DNA from: Bugula neritina
Lineage: Eukaryota; Animalia; Bryozoa
Direction: 5' to 3'
DNA length: 64,000 nucleotides
Assembly (NCBI GenBank): GCA_964035545.1
Contig: OZ037766.1
Location: 8,918,722 to 8,982,721 of the forward strand
Shown: piece by piece, positions 26,946 to 40,786 of the stretch
Layout of the letters: every line of letters starts with the position of its first letter
Position numbering within the stretch: position 1 is the stretch's first letter
The notes under the pieces: model-generated
What the model was told of the DNA's origin: nothing
What the model saw: the letters and a program-made list of their open reading frames with translations, nothing else
The model's database searches: none
Translations under genes and position numbers: made by a program

Positions 26946-27733
26946 TTATTTTAATTTACACTGACACTTATTGTAAGATTTAGAGTTAGTTTTACACCAA
27001 GCTGAACTTCATTACTTGTCTTTAGTCTTAGCTGTCTTAGCTCTATCAGCTATCTCTATGAAGTATTCATATAATTTAATTTTATAGATGTTCACGTTGA
27101 TCAAGTCAAGGCTGCAATTGTAGACAGCAATGATAATATTAATGCTAATTTCAATTTTGTAATTACAATGCTAAAGGTTATGGCTACAATTAGTGTTACA
27201 TCTAGTTGAATTTCACAAAAGTTTAAATGACTAGTCTTATAACTTAATCTATTAGTATAACTGCCAGTCTTAGGATTCATAGATTACACTGATATAATAT
27301 GTAGGGTTAGTAAATGTAGCATTAATTGTAATTTATTTTCAGTGTAAGTGTAGCTGTAGAAAGATTGTTTGTATTATATGTTGAATATATTGTGTATTTT
27401 AATTTTGCTCACTTTGTATTAGACTCGATATTTTTGAACAGGCGCTGTAAGTAAGAGTATTGTAATACTTGTGGTAAAAGTTATACTCATTGTTGAGATA
27501 ATATATATATCATGCTATTTAATCTATCTTTTGTTTTTACTCATAATGCTATTGTAAATTGTAGAATGAAAATGGGATATACCTTCGACTTTGAGTTTTG
27601 ACATATCAGCGTGGCAGTCAAATTCTTATTCACATTGATACTCAGAGCATATGTCTGAGGATCATCAACTATAGTCGCTATATCTATTATCTTTAAATTA
27701 ATTATTGGATCTGTAACCATCACCACCAGTAAT

Positions 27734-30700
27734 ATGCTTAAGTTTGGGGCTAAAGAAGCTATCACATTTTCAAGGAACTTGGGGATTTCTTTGGTGTTCT
27801 CACTTATTGGATGGTTTGTTCATTGGCTGAACTTTAGCCTGATTGGTGTTCTGTTCCTGTGTGCTGTATTTAGCTGGCACATTACTTTTGAACAATACCG
27901 AGGTGTTAAAAAAGACCAAGCTAAAGCATTTTTTGGCAAAGAAAAAGAAACTATACACGAGATATTTGAAGAAATACCAAGTTGGGTAAGAGTGACAGTA
28001 GAATATAGCCTGTGGCAGTATGACTGAGTGTTATCAAAGTAAACTTGATTTCTGTTGGAAAAATTGTTCAAGTAAAATTGTCTGCGTTATTCTGTATGTT
28101 TTGTGTCCTGAAGAAACTTTAATTTTACTTAAATTCTGCATCACAAAATCTGCAAAGTTCAATAATACCTTTTTGAGTGTTTTTGTCATACTCTGTACAT
28201 TAAGGCCTTCAGACGAAAATGAGAATTATCGTATGGATATTTTCATTAGTACTCAAATTTTGTAAAGATTTTATCAAAATGTTCAATGATTTGCTCACCA
28301 CCTGTTTTTAATTTATGTTTGGTTTATTTGCGTATTCTGTTCTTTGATAGTGATAACATTTTTGAGAACCAAACAATTCTGAATAGCATTACATAAACAC
28401 AACTAGGTCAATAAACTCTTCACAAACTGATGATATACATTCCAAAATTTGTCACATAACAATTTTAATTAGTACCTATTAGACTCTACTCTAAAATTAG
28501 TCACTAACAGAATGCTATTTCAACACAAGGTATTTTTATACTGCAGGTGTATTTCCCAGATATTGAAAGAACAGAATGGCTAAACAAGGTTTGAACTCTA
28601 TAACTCTAATAATTAGGCAAAATTATACTTTGGTCAGAATATTAGTTTAAAAAATATATTTTCACAGTACGCTATTAGGTGCATGCTTGTATATCATGAA
28701 GAAGACGTTAATGTATACATATATTTGATTTGTCACCTGTTATTTCAGTTAATGAATCGCTTATGGCCAGACGTCACACATTATGCCAGGGAGTTTCTGA
28801 AGCATAATATTGAACCCAATATTCAAAAGTCTCTACCAAAAAAGATCAGTAACTTCAGCTTCGAGACTATTGATCTTGGTGACAAGGTATTTTTTAGCTA
28901 CTATTCTCCCCAGATCTTTCTCTCAAATAATTTGGTAATGTGTTTTCAATGCCCTAAATTAACTGACTATTGTTATAGCTCTTTTTACTTACTAATTTGT
29001 CTAGAACTCTGATCATACAGTAAATTGCTGCAAATGCACCACCAAATGTAGTCATTTAGTTTTGTAGATCTAAAGATGCTCATGCAAATAAAATTCATAT
29101 TTAATTTTAGTCACAATTCTTATAAAAAGTTTTATGCACGTCTCAAATAATGCTGGCAGCTTGGTTTAAGGGCTTTTAAAATGAGGCACAGAAAAAATAA
29201 GTCAGCTGTTTCTTGGTTTGTCACCAATATTTCTACTCTTGCTTCAGTGCCTATTGGTATGTTACTTTAGTGTCTATCAGTATGTTACAGGAAGCTTTAA
29301 TCTGTACAATTGTTTGTAGCCACCAAAAATAACTGGAGTCAAACTTTATACTAAACATGTTGAAGATGAAATTATCTTGGATGCTAATATATTGTAAGTT
29401 TCTGCAGTACCCCTTTAAACCAATATATTTTCACTGGAAAAAAACAAAATGAACTTACAACTGTATTACTTTGTAGCTTTATATTATCATTATTTTATGT
29501 AATTGTATAATCTATTAGCAATTATAGTAGCAATTAATATACTAAGCTATTAATAGGTGAATACCTATAGATACTATGGTATATATTATGCATCATTAAC
29601 TTGGGATAAATGGTTTACTACTGTTTTATAGCTATGAAAATGGCTGTAGTTGCTACATGTTTTGTATTTACTGTGCAAGTGAAAGAAATGAGATGTATCT
29701 GCTGTAAAATACAGTGTTGTACCTTGTAGCTATGCTGGCGATGCAAAAGTTAGTGTAAAACTCTCCAAGTTTGAAGCTGGCATTAAAGATGTGGAGTTTA
29801 AAGGGACTTTGAGAGTTGTACTGAAGCCTTTGCTTAGACATCCACCATTTGTTGGTGGTATTCAGATTTACTTTCTTACGTACCCGGTGAGCTACTTGTT
29901 TGCTATGTAGTGTGTAGCAGTAGTACAGTGTTATGTGGTGTGTAGTAGCAGTAGTACAGTGTTATGTAGTGTGTAGCAGTAGTACAGTGTTATGTGGTGT
30001 GTAGTAGCAGTAGTACAGTGTTATGTGGTGTGTAGCAGTAGTACAGTGTTATGTAGTGTGTAGCAGTAGTACAATGTTATGTGGTGCAGTGCAGCAGTAG
30101 TACAATGTTATGTGGTGTGTTGTAGCACCTTAAAGGGTGACAGAAGCTACTACAGCAAAACTAATGCAATAACTAAACAGTAGTTTAATATCTATGGTAT
30201 CAGGCTAGAACTGTTTTGTTTCAGTGTTTCTTGCAATTTACTTGTTAATGAAAATAGTTGCAATAGCAGTGAAACTATTAGAAGTAGTAAGTGCCACTGT
30301 AGTAGAAGTAACCATGTTCTAGGTAACAGCTGTCACACTATTCAATGTCACTGTACTGTAGTCAGATTTCTTTTATTGTTAGCATTTTCTGAGTTCTGTA
30401 ATGTCAATGTATGGTTTATTTGTACATTAAATGGGTGTTCATTCTATTTATATATTCACTCTACTGATAACAGACTTGCGTTCATTTTGTTAGTTTAGAT
30501 TTTAAACATTAAAATTCACTAGGATAGATAGGCGGACAAGGCTGTAGAAATTAGGTTTTTCTAAATAAAAAAATGTTGTTAATAAATTTTCTGTTAATTT
30601 TGATAGATGTTAGACTTTGATCTCACCAATGTTGCTAGTGTGTTGGGGCTGCCTGGGCTCTACTCCTTACTGCGGAAAGCTCTTCTCACTCAGCTTGCTA

Positions 30701-33700
30701 ACTATATGGTACTTCCTAACAAAATCGTGCTGCCTCTCTCCCAAGAAATCAGCGCTTCACATCTGAAGTTTTCAGAGCCCAAGGTAGACCCCACCCTGTA
30801 TTTATCTTGTTGTTTTGTCGGTTGAAGTTGTCATTAGTAGACAAACATTTTAACTTTCATTGTGTAATTATATTATATCTATAATAACAAATATATGATT
30901 TTTATTGATAGAGCTGTATAATTTGTAAATCAAAGTAAATCAAAGTATCACTGTGATTAATACAAATTTGCTGCATTCTATCTGTTCTGTTTTTATTGTA
31001 AATAAATTTTATAGCGAGTATGTGTGTACACCCACAAACTATAGCTTTAGCTTTAGAACTAAGATTTTGCTGTACTTCAACTTCTTTTCACATATCTTTC
31101 TATTTCGTACACATCTAGGGAGTGCTTATGGTTAAGATCGTGGAAGCCAAAGATTTATCTGGACATGACCTCACCTCTAAATCTGATCCTTATGTTAAAA
31201 TTACTGGTAAAGCTATAGTTGTTCAATTTATCAGGAAATAACATGCAGTTGATAGGATTTGAAGCCTTATACTTACTTAGCAGTGTAAAACAAGCCCCAA
31301 ACCACTTCCCTATCAGACCCAAAAGAACACACTGATGAGTCTAAGTACTGCAAGGGTTCAAATTCTACAAATGGCATGTTGTTTTCTTTATCTGGTGAAT
31401 TTGAGTTTTATATTTACTTTATGAACTTATCTTATGCACTCAAAAACAGATCAAACACCTGGAGGTAATCTAATGATTTACACATGAATAGAGATACTTG
31501 CCACGATGTTCCCGTGTATCAATATGCCGGATATTATATTTTATAAGATTAAACACATTTTACAATTACGTACATACCTTATAAAGCATAATTCGACTAA
31601 TTTTATCTACAATATGCCACAGTATGGCTACAGTATGACAAGTTTAAATCCTTCTCGTTTGGTCATTATTAACTCATCTCTACGAAAATCGGTCCAATCT
31701 GGAAATTCAATAAGTTAGTTTATGATTGGTTAGAAAGAGAATTTTTTTTATTTTTAAATTTATCGCTATTTTGAGAAAACAGTACGTAATATTATGATAA
31801 TGGAGAAGTACAAAGCACGCTCTGTAAGTCTTCAGTGTTGCTTAATGAGTGTTTTTGACGAAGTGTGGTAATATTAGTGATTCCAATTTTAACACGCTAT
31901 TCATTACTATATTTCAACAACAATTCTTTCTAGTGTCTGGCGAAGAGCACTGCACTGGTGTAAAGATGAATACCCATAATCCTGTGTGGGAAAATGAAGT
32001 CTTTTATGTAAGTACACTTTGTGATGATGATAGAAATAGCTTGATGCGGTAGGGGCAGCCAACTCCTAATCCTAATTCTAATAGAGCCCACTAGTTGTAA
32101 TGTTATTAAATATGATGCAATAGATTAATTGATAATCAGATAAGTAATGTGATACGTATAGTTGTTGGTTGTGTTCTTAGAGAAGTGTCTTTTTTAAATA
32201 AAACTCAATTTGAATTATGAAAGGTATATTTTGTACTGGGTTTGCTGTTTCTGAAAATGACAAAGTTAACGTAAAATTTAAACTGGTTTCCAATAAGGCT
32301 TTGAACTTACAGCTACAGCCACCTTATAAACAATGCTGCCTATAACATTCGTAAGTCATTAAAGTATTTTGCTGGTAGACTTTCAAAACTGCTGTCCTAG
32401 GTTTGTCTGATAAGCTAATTGCACAAACTTTTGGGGAAATAAATGTCTATTTTTGCTCTAAGTAACTAAACTATTTAGAGTTTTAGATTAACTGCGAACC
32501 AGTCATTGTCATCAAAACATCTGTTTCAAAACATTTAGAGCAATATAAAATATGTGTGCACTGTAATATACTCGTTGATGTTATTATCGTAACAAGAAAA
32601 TATTTAGTGCAAGTTCAGAGTTTCCATTTTAAAACTTTTCTTCACATAATTTAATTTTTATATTAGAATTTTTTCAACTTTTGCAAATCATGATAGTTCT
32701 TTTACTTTTTATCTTAGTTTTATCGTTCTCCAAATTGTGAAACGTCTCTGAATTAGCATAGAATACGGAGTTTTGCTGACAAAATAACTAAAATAAATTA
32801 CTCAAATTATCTGTTTCTCAGTTATAGGATATGATTTCAAGCCACTTAAGTGGAATGAAACATTTATGAACTGTCAATTCCAGTAAAAAGTAAATATTTA
32901 CTATTCATTAATAGAATGTAAGGTGTATTTGATATGTTTATGTGATGTTGCTGTAGTTTACAGTCCTTGAGACAAGTGGGGTGAAGGTGATGATGGAGCT
33001 GTTTGACAAAGATGATGCTTCTAAAGATGACGCAATGGGAAGGTGAGTTATCTGCTGCTACAGTGTATGACTCATAGAGCTGTTTACGTTTTTACAGCAA
33101 TTAAAGAAATAATATATATTATTTAACTTGATAGACCCTTGAAATTGGATTTGAAGCAGCTGTTTGTTTGCTGTTTGCTAAAGTAGCAATGTCGAAATTT
33201 TGAGATTGTTTCGACAAATGTCATTTATTTTGACAATACAGCATATTTTTTTATAAAAGAATGATTTCACACTCACTATTAAAATATACATAATTTAAAA
33301 CTTGTTAGTGTCTAACCCTAGCATTGGTATACATTCGGGTGAGTAGATTATACAAATATTGTGTATGGTGCATATAGAGGTTTGACGCTCTTCATATCAA
33401 ATCATTACATGACGCTTATTCCGTTAGTTAAAGTGTGCCTCCTAATGGTTCCTGCAATCAGATATTTGTCATCAATGAAAGCTAAGATCACGTACTATAG
33501 TGCTAAGCTATCCTTGTGTGTGTATGTTTATGTGTGTATGTTTATGTGTGTATGTTTATGTGTGTATGTATGTATGTATGTGTGTGTATGTATGTGTATG
33601 TATGTGTGTGTATGCTCATCACATTTTCCTGATGTAATTCAAGTTGCAATAGTCATTAGTGCCTTATAAGCTGTTTAACGCAGTTTATAAAATAATATCT

Positions 33701-36700
33701 ATGTAGACCACAAGGGTTAAATCTTCATTGTACAGCTTCTTAATTAGTACTAATTTTATCACTAGATTGTTTATTAGGACAAGAGCTTTTAATATGAAAA
33801 ACATTTTAAAGCAGTAAACCTTTCATTAACATATATTACAAAAGGATAGTGTGAGTAATTTTCTTTAGAAGTAGTCTTTTTATATGAAGTATTATGGACA
33901 GTAAGAAGATCCAATAAAAGTAAAAACTGTAGAAACCCATGCTTTTCAAAAGCTGACAGACAAGTAATTTAAGGGTGTTGAGTTTTGCTAGAAATTTAGG
34001 TAGTTGTACAAAATATTTAAAGTAAATAAATGCAAAAAAAATGTTGAATTTTTGGCTAAGTTTATGCATTTGTTTCCTTCAAAGGATATGCAACAGAATA
34101 GTAATATGGTTTTTTAGAAGGTTCTAATAAATAAACGTTTAAAAAAATATAGTTTGTGAGGCTCTTAAAGTAGTTCGTATTTCATTGGATTCATGGGTAA
34201 TTTTATACAAACCAATCAATGCTTCGTGTAACAACTGATGTTATAATACGTTGTTTATTATATCTGCATTTCTAATAGTTATTTGATTATATTTTATTGT
34301 AGCGGCTGCGTAAGTTCACATATATTGTTTATGTTAGCATTTAAAACTAACACAATTACGTATTTTGTTGGCCAGCCTGCTAACTAGGTTGCCAGGGATG
34401 GTTGCACTGTAGTTCAACCTGCTTTTGTTTTCACTATTGGCATGGCAATACTGGTTTTACCACAACAAATTGGATAGTTAGCATGTCCTCTTTCCCTATA
34501 TGTTGTTGCATATTACTTTTATGCCATTTATGTTCATTATGTCTTCATGTTCAACTAAGCATATTAATATAAATAATTAATATAAATACCAAAGCAGCTT
34601 GTCAAATGCTTTATCATGTAGTAATAGAGAGAAATGGTTGATAGCTTCTTTAGATGATTATTTGGGTTTTGCCTTTCTCCTTCTAACTTTTATGTTGTGT
34701 GCTGCTTTTCACTAACAAGTTATTTATTTGAGCATTTGCAGTACCTACTTACATATTGGATGACTGATTTCGTCTATTTCGTTTAATGCCTTGCTATTAC
34801 AATTGGTCATGAGAATATAACAAATAATTCAGTAATTTCAATACTAAAACCATCCCACTCAGTCGTTTTCATGATCATTTTGCTGTATATTTTAGCATCG
34901 TGCAGTGTATGTATTTTGTGCTCTTTAACATAATATAAAGTAACTACCACTCATAAAGTATAACTACATTACTATATGTAATATAGTTATACTTATTAAA
35001 TGTTTGTGTGTTTACCTATTTCTCATAGTTTTGTCTAACATCAGAACAGACATAATGCTTTATATACAAGTTGTGTTTTTCTTCTTTGTTCTGTGTGTGT
35101 CATTAGTTGAGGGAATTTGCTCATGCTGTATTTTATCTTCACAGAGTTTTTGTAGTGTAGAACTTATAAACAGATTATTTTGTTTGGTTCAAACTGGTAA
35201 TGGTAGCTTATTTGTGTACGTTGTAAAACTGTGTGCAATAAACTCATTCAAATAATAAATTTAAAGATAAAGATGATAGTTAATATATGAAAACATGATT
35301 TGATTTATTTACATTGTATTATTATTTAGTTTTTACCTTTGGTTTTAAAAAGTGGGTGTTTTACAATATATTTATTTTGACTATATTTTAGTGTATCCAT
35401 CCCTCTGTTAAGTTTAAAAGAAAGAGGCCACACTGACACTGTAAGTATTTTAATGACTAACTTATACTGTGTACTTACTGTATATTATGGCTAAGCATAT
35501 TAACAAATATAGTAGGAGTCATGTTTTGTGTCTGTTTTCTATCTCATCAGTTTAAAAACTTTTTAAACTTAGTGCCAACTTACCAAGCAAACGGTTGTAA
35601 AAAGAAGTTTTCACTAAACATTCAATAAACTCAACACAATGCAACTGAAGTAAACACTTTGTCATTCTGCCAACATGCTTCTACAAAAATTGATCGAAAT
35701 TTATTTAAAGTTTATTGAAAATATTAGAAGAATTCTTTCATTACACAGCATCTTTGGCATCAAACAAACAATAATGTACACAACAATATGCAGTACAGCA
35801 TTTAAACCACAATCCTGGCACCAGTTTCACCAACATTCACAATGTAACAACTTAACTAGGAAACTGTAGGAAGAAAGCCAACTTTCAATGATACACTGTT
35901 AAATAGTTACAAACTAGCCTATGTTACTCCTGACCAAAAACAACACGAAAACATTTATTAGTGTAAAACAGTAGTATTAAGTCTCTTTATAGTATTATAT
36001 TTAAATTTTATCTCCTGTATACTCGGTTTTCGCGGAGCCAATGAGTAAAACAGGTCCTTGGCCTGTCTTTTGGAAATGGCAAAATCAATCTGATGACTCA
36101 TTCAGACAGATGATTACCGTCAAACATATTTTGCCCTAGAAAATTTCATGTGATTCAGGGTCAAATCAAACTTGTCTTCATTTCTGGTCGGCTGTTTTTA
36201 TGCAGTATATCACACAAGAATGAATTTTATTTTCAAAAAGTTAAACTTTGCTAAATATTGAGTAGTTCTATCATTAGATACTAATATAATAGATTTTATG
36301 TTATGAAGTACAAATTATATGTGTGTTTTAGTGGAGTGATCTAGCAGATGATGAGGGTTCCTTGCACTATATCTGCACTTGGTATGGTTTTACTACAAAT
36401 AGTAGTTTTATTATGAAACCGGCCAGCATTGCTTCTGTAAGAAAACCTTTGGCGTTGCTCTCGGTGTATATAGACAGTGCCAAAAACCTGGAGGTAAGTC
36501 TAAACTTGACAAGAATTACTTATATTTAATGAATAAACACTTCTTTTTATGAAGTTTTAAAACAGCTGCCTTATTTCTTCTTGTCTTAATGGGGTGCTTT
36601 GAAACTACTATATACATACCAGTTAATGTAGTTTATCCTGTAAGGCACAATCTTACTTTAATTACTAACACTATATTGTTGTGTATAATCAAAAATAGTT

Positions 36701-39700
36701 ATTCAAAGTGCAATGTGACAATTTTGTGTTGTATTGGACCCAGAAGTAGTGGCAATACGTGATGGGCTGGCTAAGGTGTGTATGCAACACCATATCTGGT
36801 ATTGTGATAATATCTACTATAATATGACATGATATGTTTAACCATATTTGAAGACATCGGACGGTGAAACATCTGAGCCATCATCTAAAGTGAAACTCAA
36901 CATTGCTTCTGAAGAAAGATTCACCCAGGATGTCTTTTCAACTCCCAACCCTGTTTACCACAAGAATTTTCACTTTCTTATAGAAAAGCCTGATCTGGAA
37001 ACACTTACTATGAAGGTTTTGTTATCATATTTTGTGTTGTTGTTAGTTTAACTTACTGCCTTTCCGATTTTATTCATACCTAATCTACAATATAGTCACA
37101 TGTTCTACAAATGGTATTCATAAACTCATCATGTCATGGAGTTTGTATGCGTAATAATGTTACATGGATCTGCATGCTGTATCTGTAGTATGCAGATTTT
37201 AAATTGGAAGAAAATAATAGTAATGTGACTAGCCATTTCCATCTTAAACCATTTGAAAAGTAATTGACTGTAAACAAGTAGTGTAACTCAATTTATACTT
37301 TGTTACTATTCTGTAGCTGTAGTTGTATTCAGTGGTTGTATTTTATAGCTGTAGTTGCGCAAGTACAGCTACATATGTTCTGTTGCTACACATGTAGTGT
37401 TTGTAGGTATGTGATGTAGACAGTGATGACGTGTATGGCTCCACTTCTATACTTCTCTCTAACGTAATCATATCAGGTCCAGATATGACTATATACAGAC
37501 CCTTTATACTGCGGGGTGGCTCTAGAACCAGTGAGCTACTTGCTAGACTTTCTGTTAAGGTATTTAGGCTATATTTTTACTAAAACTGGTGAGAAAATGT
37601 TATTTAAGCTGCTGCTTTGTTCCTATTATTTTATTAAATGTTTAGAAGTTTAAATTTGTGAGTAGAGAGTTACCTTATACATACTACTATATACTTGTTG
37701 GAATGATGAACACTACCAACAAGAATATACAGCTAGCTTCTTTATTACAGTACCTTGTACCAGGCAACAAGTTAAAAAGAATAGCGAAAAATTCTAGAAA
37801 CAACTTGAAAGTTGAGAATTCCCTTAACCTAGACAGTGTAGATACTGCAGCTGCTGGTTTGCCGAAAGACGTTGAAATGTCTTCAGAAGGATTAGAATCA
37901 ACCAGCCCTCCAGAGCCTGCTGCTGCTGCTGCTGCTGCTGCTGCCCCTGTTACTAAAGAAACTGATTTCATTGACCCTCTACATGTGGTCCCCAGCACCA
38001 GCTCTGATTCTAACAACAATGCTGCCATAAAGCCTGAGGCTGACCTTTCAGTTCATTCAGGGAGTTTGTTGAATACGCCGGTGGTTGATATCCAAATTGA
38101 TTCTCCGTCATCTGCCAACACTAGCACCAAACTACGCAGAAGAAGAACTCTGTAAGCCTTTTATCTTGTTATTATGAAGTTTATGATGTCTAAATATCAG
38201 CATCAATGTACAAATATGCAGTTCTATATGTTGAATGTTGAAGGTTAACTGGCGAAAAGAAAAGTAATAAAGGTCGAAAAGTGCGTAAAGGAAGTAAAGA
38301 AGTCAGTGCTGGAGATATAGAACTGACTTTGTCCTATCAACAAACGCACAATAAGCTCGTTGTGATTGTGCATAAATGCAGGTAGGCTTACATAATATGA
38401 TTGATGGTAGTTTAATCATTATAGTGTGTTTTATATATGTTCACTCCATGACTTGTTGTTTTATTTGGCCTCACTGTAGCTTGTCGTATTGTTGTATCAT
38501 GTTATATATTGTATTAAAATATAAGCTGTATTTATTTGCTATATTGTTTCACAATATATATCCTGAATCTATTAATTATTATTAGCTGTAATTAAATATA
38601 ATTAATATGAACTGAAACTAATAAATATACCAGGAAGTGAAGTTTAGAGAATGTGGTAGTGTCATTGCACTTTTATTAATTTCAGTGCTGATGTTTATAA
38701 TACTAATGTCAACATAATTATATGATATCATATTTGATTAACTCAGAATTATAATAATCAAAATTGATTACTTCAAATATGTCAATTAAATACGTCTTGA
38801 CCTTTGGAGTTTGGAAGTAAAATGTAAAAAATACAAATTCCTTTATTAAAATTAAACGAGAAATATTTTTAATTACTATTTTATTTATATAAATAAATAA
38901 TGCAAACTTGTATTTCAGATACTACTGTATCCATTTTCTGAGTTTGAATGAGAGTTCTCATATCCATTCCTATATTTATTAATATAAATAAAATAGTAAT
39001 TAAATGTTTCTTGCTTACCTATTTCTAATGAAATCACTAGTCCGTAGGGATATATTTAAATTCTTTTATATATTTGCGGAAACAAGCTTGTTTACCTACT
39101 CATGTGTTGCATGTACCGAAAAGTTTTTTACTTCATTCACAATTAATAAACGTGTAGGTATTGAGCCAAAAAGAGTTATAGCATATTTGGAAGATTTGCT
39201 GGAAACCCTTGTCAGCTTTATAATTTCTCATGAGATGTTGTAGAGGCATACTATTATGAAATGGCTGCATTGTAGAAATCCAATAAAATTTGATGTTGAA
39301 GTTTTTATAGCATTTAGAAATGTAACAGTAATCTAGTAATACTAATCATCAGGTATATATTATCTGCTAATTATATACATCTAAATGCTAAACTATCCAA
39401 CATCTTCAGCTTGAGAGATATTTGTCACGTATACACGGGTTTGTGGATTCCGGCTTGAGGGCTGCACTTAGGTTTAATTGACATAATATTATTGTGTGAA
39501 TTGTAGAGAGCTTATGAAGGCAATGTCGACAGACAGTGAAGCGCCAGACGTTTATGTTAAGCTCTACCTCATGCCGCACAAGACTAGCAAGTGTAAATCA
39601 GAGATTTGCAAGAACTCTTTTTTTCCTGTTTTTGATGAAAGGTAACATTACACATTTTTTCAAGCTTGGAGTGTCAATAAAAAGATATGTCGAAATTTGC

Positions 39701-40786
39701 ACTCAAATTTGTGTTAATTGGTGTCTCGCAGGTTATGAATGCTTTCACAATATTAGGAGTTTTAACTTTGCACCGGCTGTTTGCAATGAAAATAAAACAA
39801 CTTTAGACCTCAATTAATTTTTATTTGTAGTGGAAATTATTTGCAGGTGATAGCAGCTCGAATGCAATGTTTGATTAAAGCTTAACTCTACAACTCTAAT
39901 ATTATCATCAATCTCTTTAGGTTTGAGTTTCACATTGATGTGGCTGACATACTTTCTACGAGCCTAGAGATTGTCGTAAAGCAAGAAAAGTCTTTTTTCA
40001 CAAAAGTTGAGCTGGGCCATGTTTCTCTGCACCTCAGCAACGTGGACCTTGATAAACCAGCAGTAAACTGGTATGTTGAGATTTTTACTCTCTTATCATT
40101 TTTATTATTATTGAGTATGTCAGTTCTGGTTATCTACCTGAATAAATTTGGTCCATTGGAATGAAGGATAAAAACTCATTTTAACCCAGTTTTAATCAAG
40201 TGTGTAAAGTATTGGGGTGTATTCTTATTTTTTTATATTACATATTGCATCATAGGTCTAATATTATCAAGTGTGTTGGTATTATATTATATCGTATTAT
40301 GGGCCTTAGTTATAATACAAACATTATTATATCATAATTTTTACAATATCATTTTAATGTTAGCAAAGCATCATCATACGTATTATTACAATGAATATAT
40401 CGGTCAGCAATGGTAGTACGATAGCATTCATTGTGTTGGTTTAATTATGAATAGAAAACCTCAATTTTTAACCTAACTTAAAATGCATCTATAGTTTTTT
40501 GTAATGAGATTAATAGCTTCTTGGAGAGTTTTACATTATACAGAGTTTATTTCATCAATCAGTAACAGCTTCTGTGACTGACTCAATTGCTTTTTAAGCT
40601 AAAGCAATTTTATATTTTAAATGAATGACCGTGCACATATTGCTGTTTTGTTGACATGCATTTATATGCAATTAGATGTTAATTTTTTAAAAACTACTTT
40701 TACTGCAAATATTTGAATTTTTTATGAATACAATTATTTTACTGTGCAGGTATCAATTGAATGCTTCGCCAGAAGATTCTAGTTGA
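27734..40786 (+). CDS. ESYT2: Extended synaptotagmin (membrane hairpin + SMP + three C2 domains, E-Syt2/3 architecture), about 824 aa
   Basis: Exons: 27734-27985, 28547-28588, 28749-28886, 29320-29393, 29730-29886, 30607-30783, 31119-31206, 31934-32007, 32957-33042, 35392-35440, 36332-36493, 36854-37015, 37407-37559, 37751-38151, 38244-38381, 39507-39641, 39921-40070, 40750-40786 (2475 nt). Motifs: IPSWVYFPDIERTEWLNK, FETIDLGDKPPKITGVK, MVLPNK, C2A KSDPYV/LFDKD..KDDAMG, C2B DSAKNL..EPSS, C2C YVKLYLMP..PVFDE. N-terminus uncertain: in-phase upstream exons 27088-27176, 25738-25764 and possibly 25619-25649. Paralog number is nominal. Confidence 0.92.
29904..30127. repeat. 28-31-bp minisatellite, about 7.5 copies
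   Basis: Unit TATGTRGTGTGTAGCAGTAGTACAGTGT, starting about 17 nt after the donor at 29887. Confidence 0.9.
33312..33720. mobile_element. Possible degenerate piggyBac-type MITE
   Basis: Left end CTAACCCTAGCATTGGTATACAT and right end ATGTAGACCACAAGGGTTAA (TTAA-CCCT-type termini, imperfect match). Confidence 0.3.
33514..33614. repeat. (TG)/(TGTA) compound microsatellite
   Basis: tgtgtgtgtatgtttatgtgtgtatg... Confidence 0.9.
38868..39004. repeat. AT-rich inverted repeat, 32-bp arms with 1 mismatch
   Basis: 38868-38899 TTTAATTACTATTTTATTTATATAAATAAATA versus 38973-39004 TATTTATTAATATAAATAAAATAGTAATTAAA. Confidence 0.7.

Noticed and set aside
33361-33669. 102-aa Cys/Val/Met-rich ORF
   Set aside because: Translation of a TG/TGTA microsatellite inside an ESYT intron
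37687-38028. Antisense ORFs (also 13480-13764, 17462-17689, 45071-45327, 48093-48293, 58996-59286, 61546-61785)
   Set aside because: Shadow frames of real coding exons on the opposite strand, with no independent support
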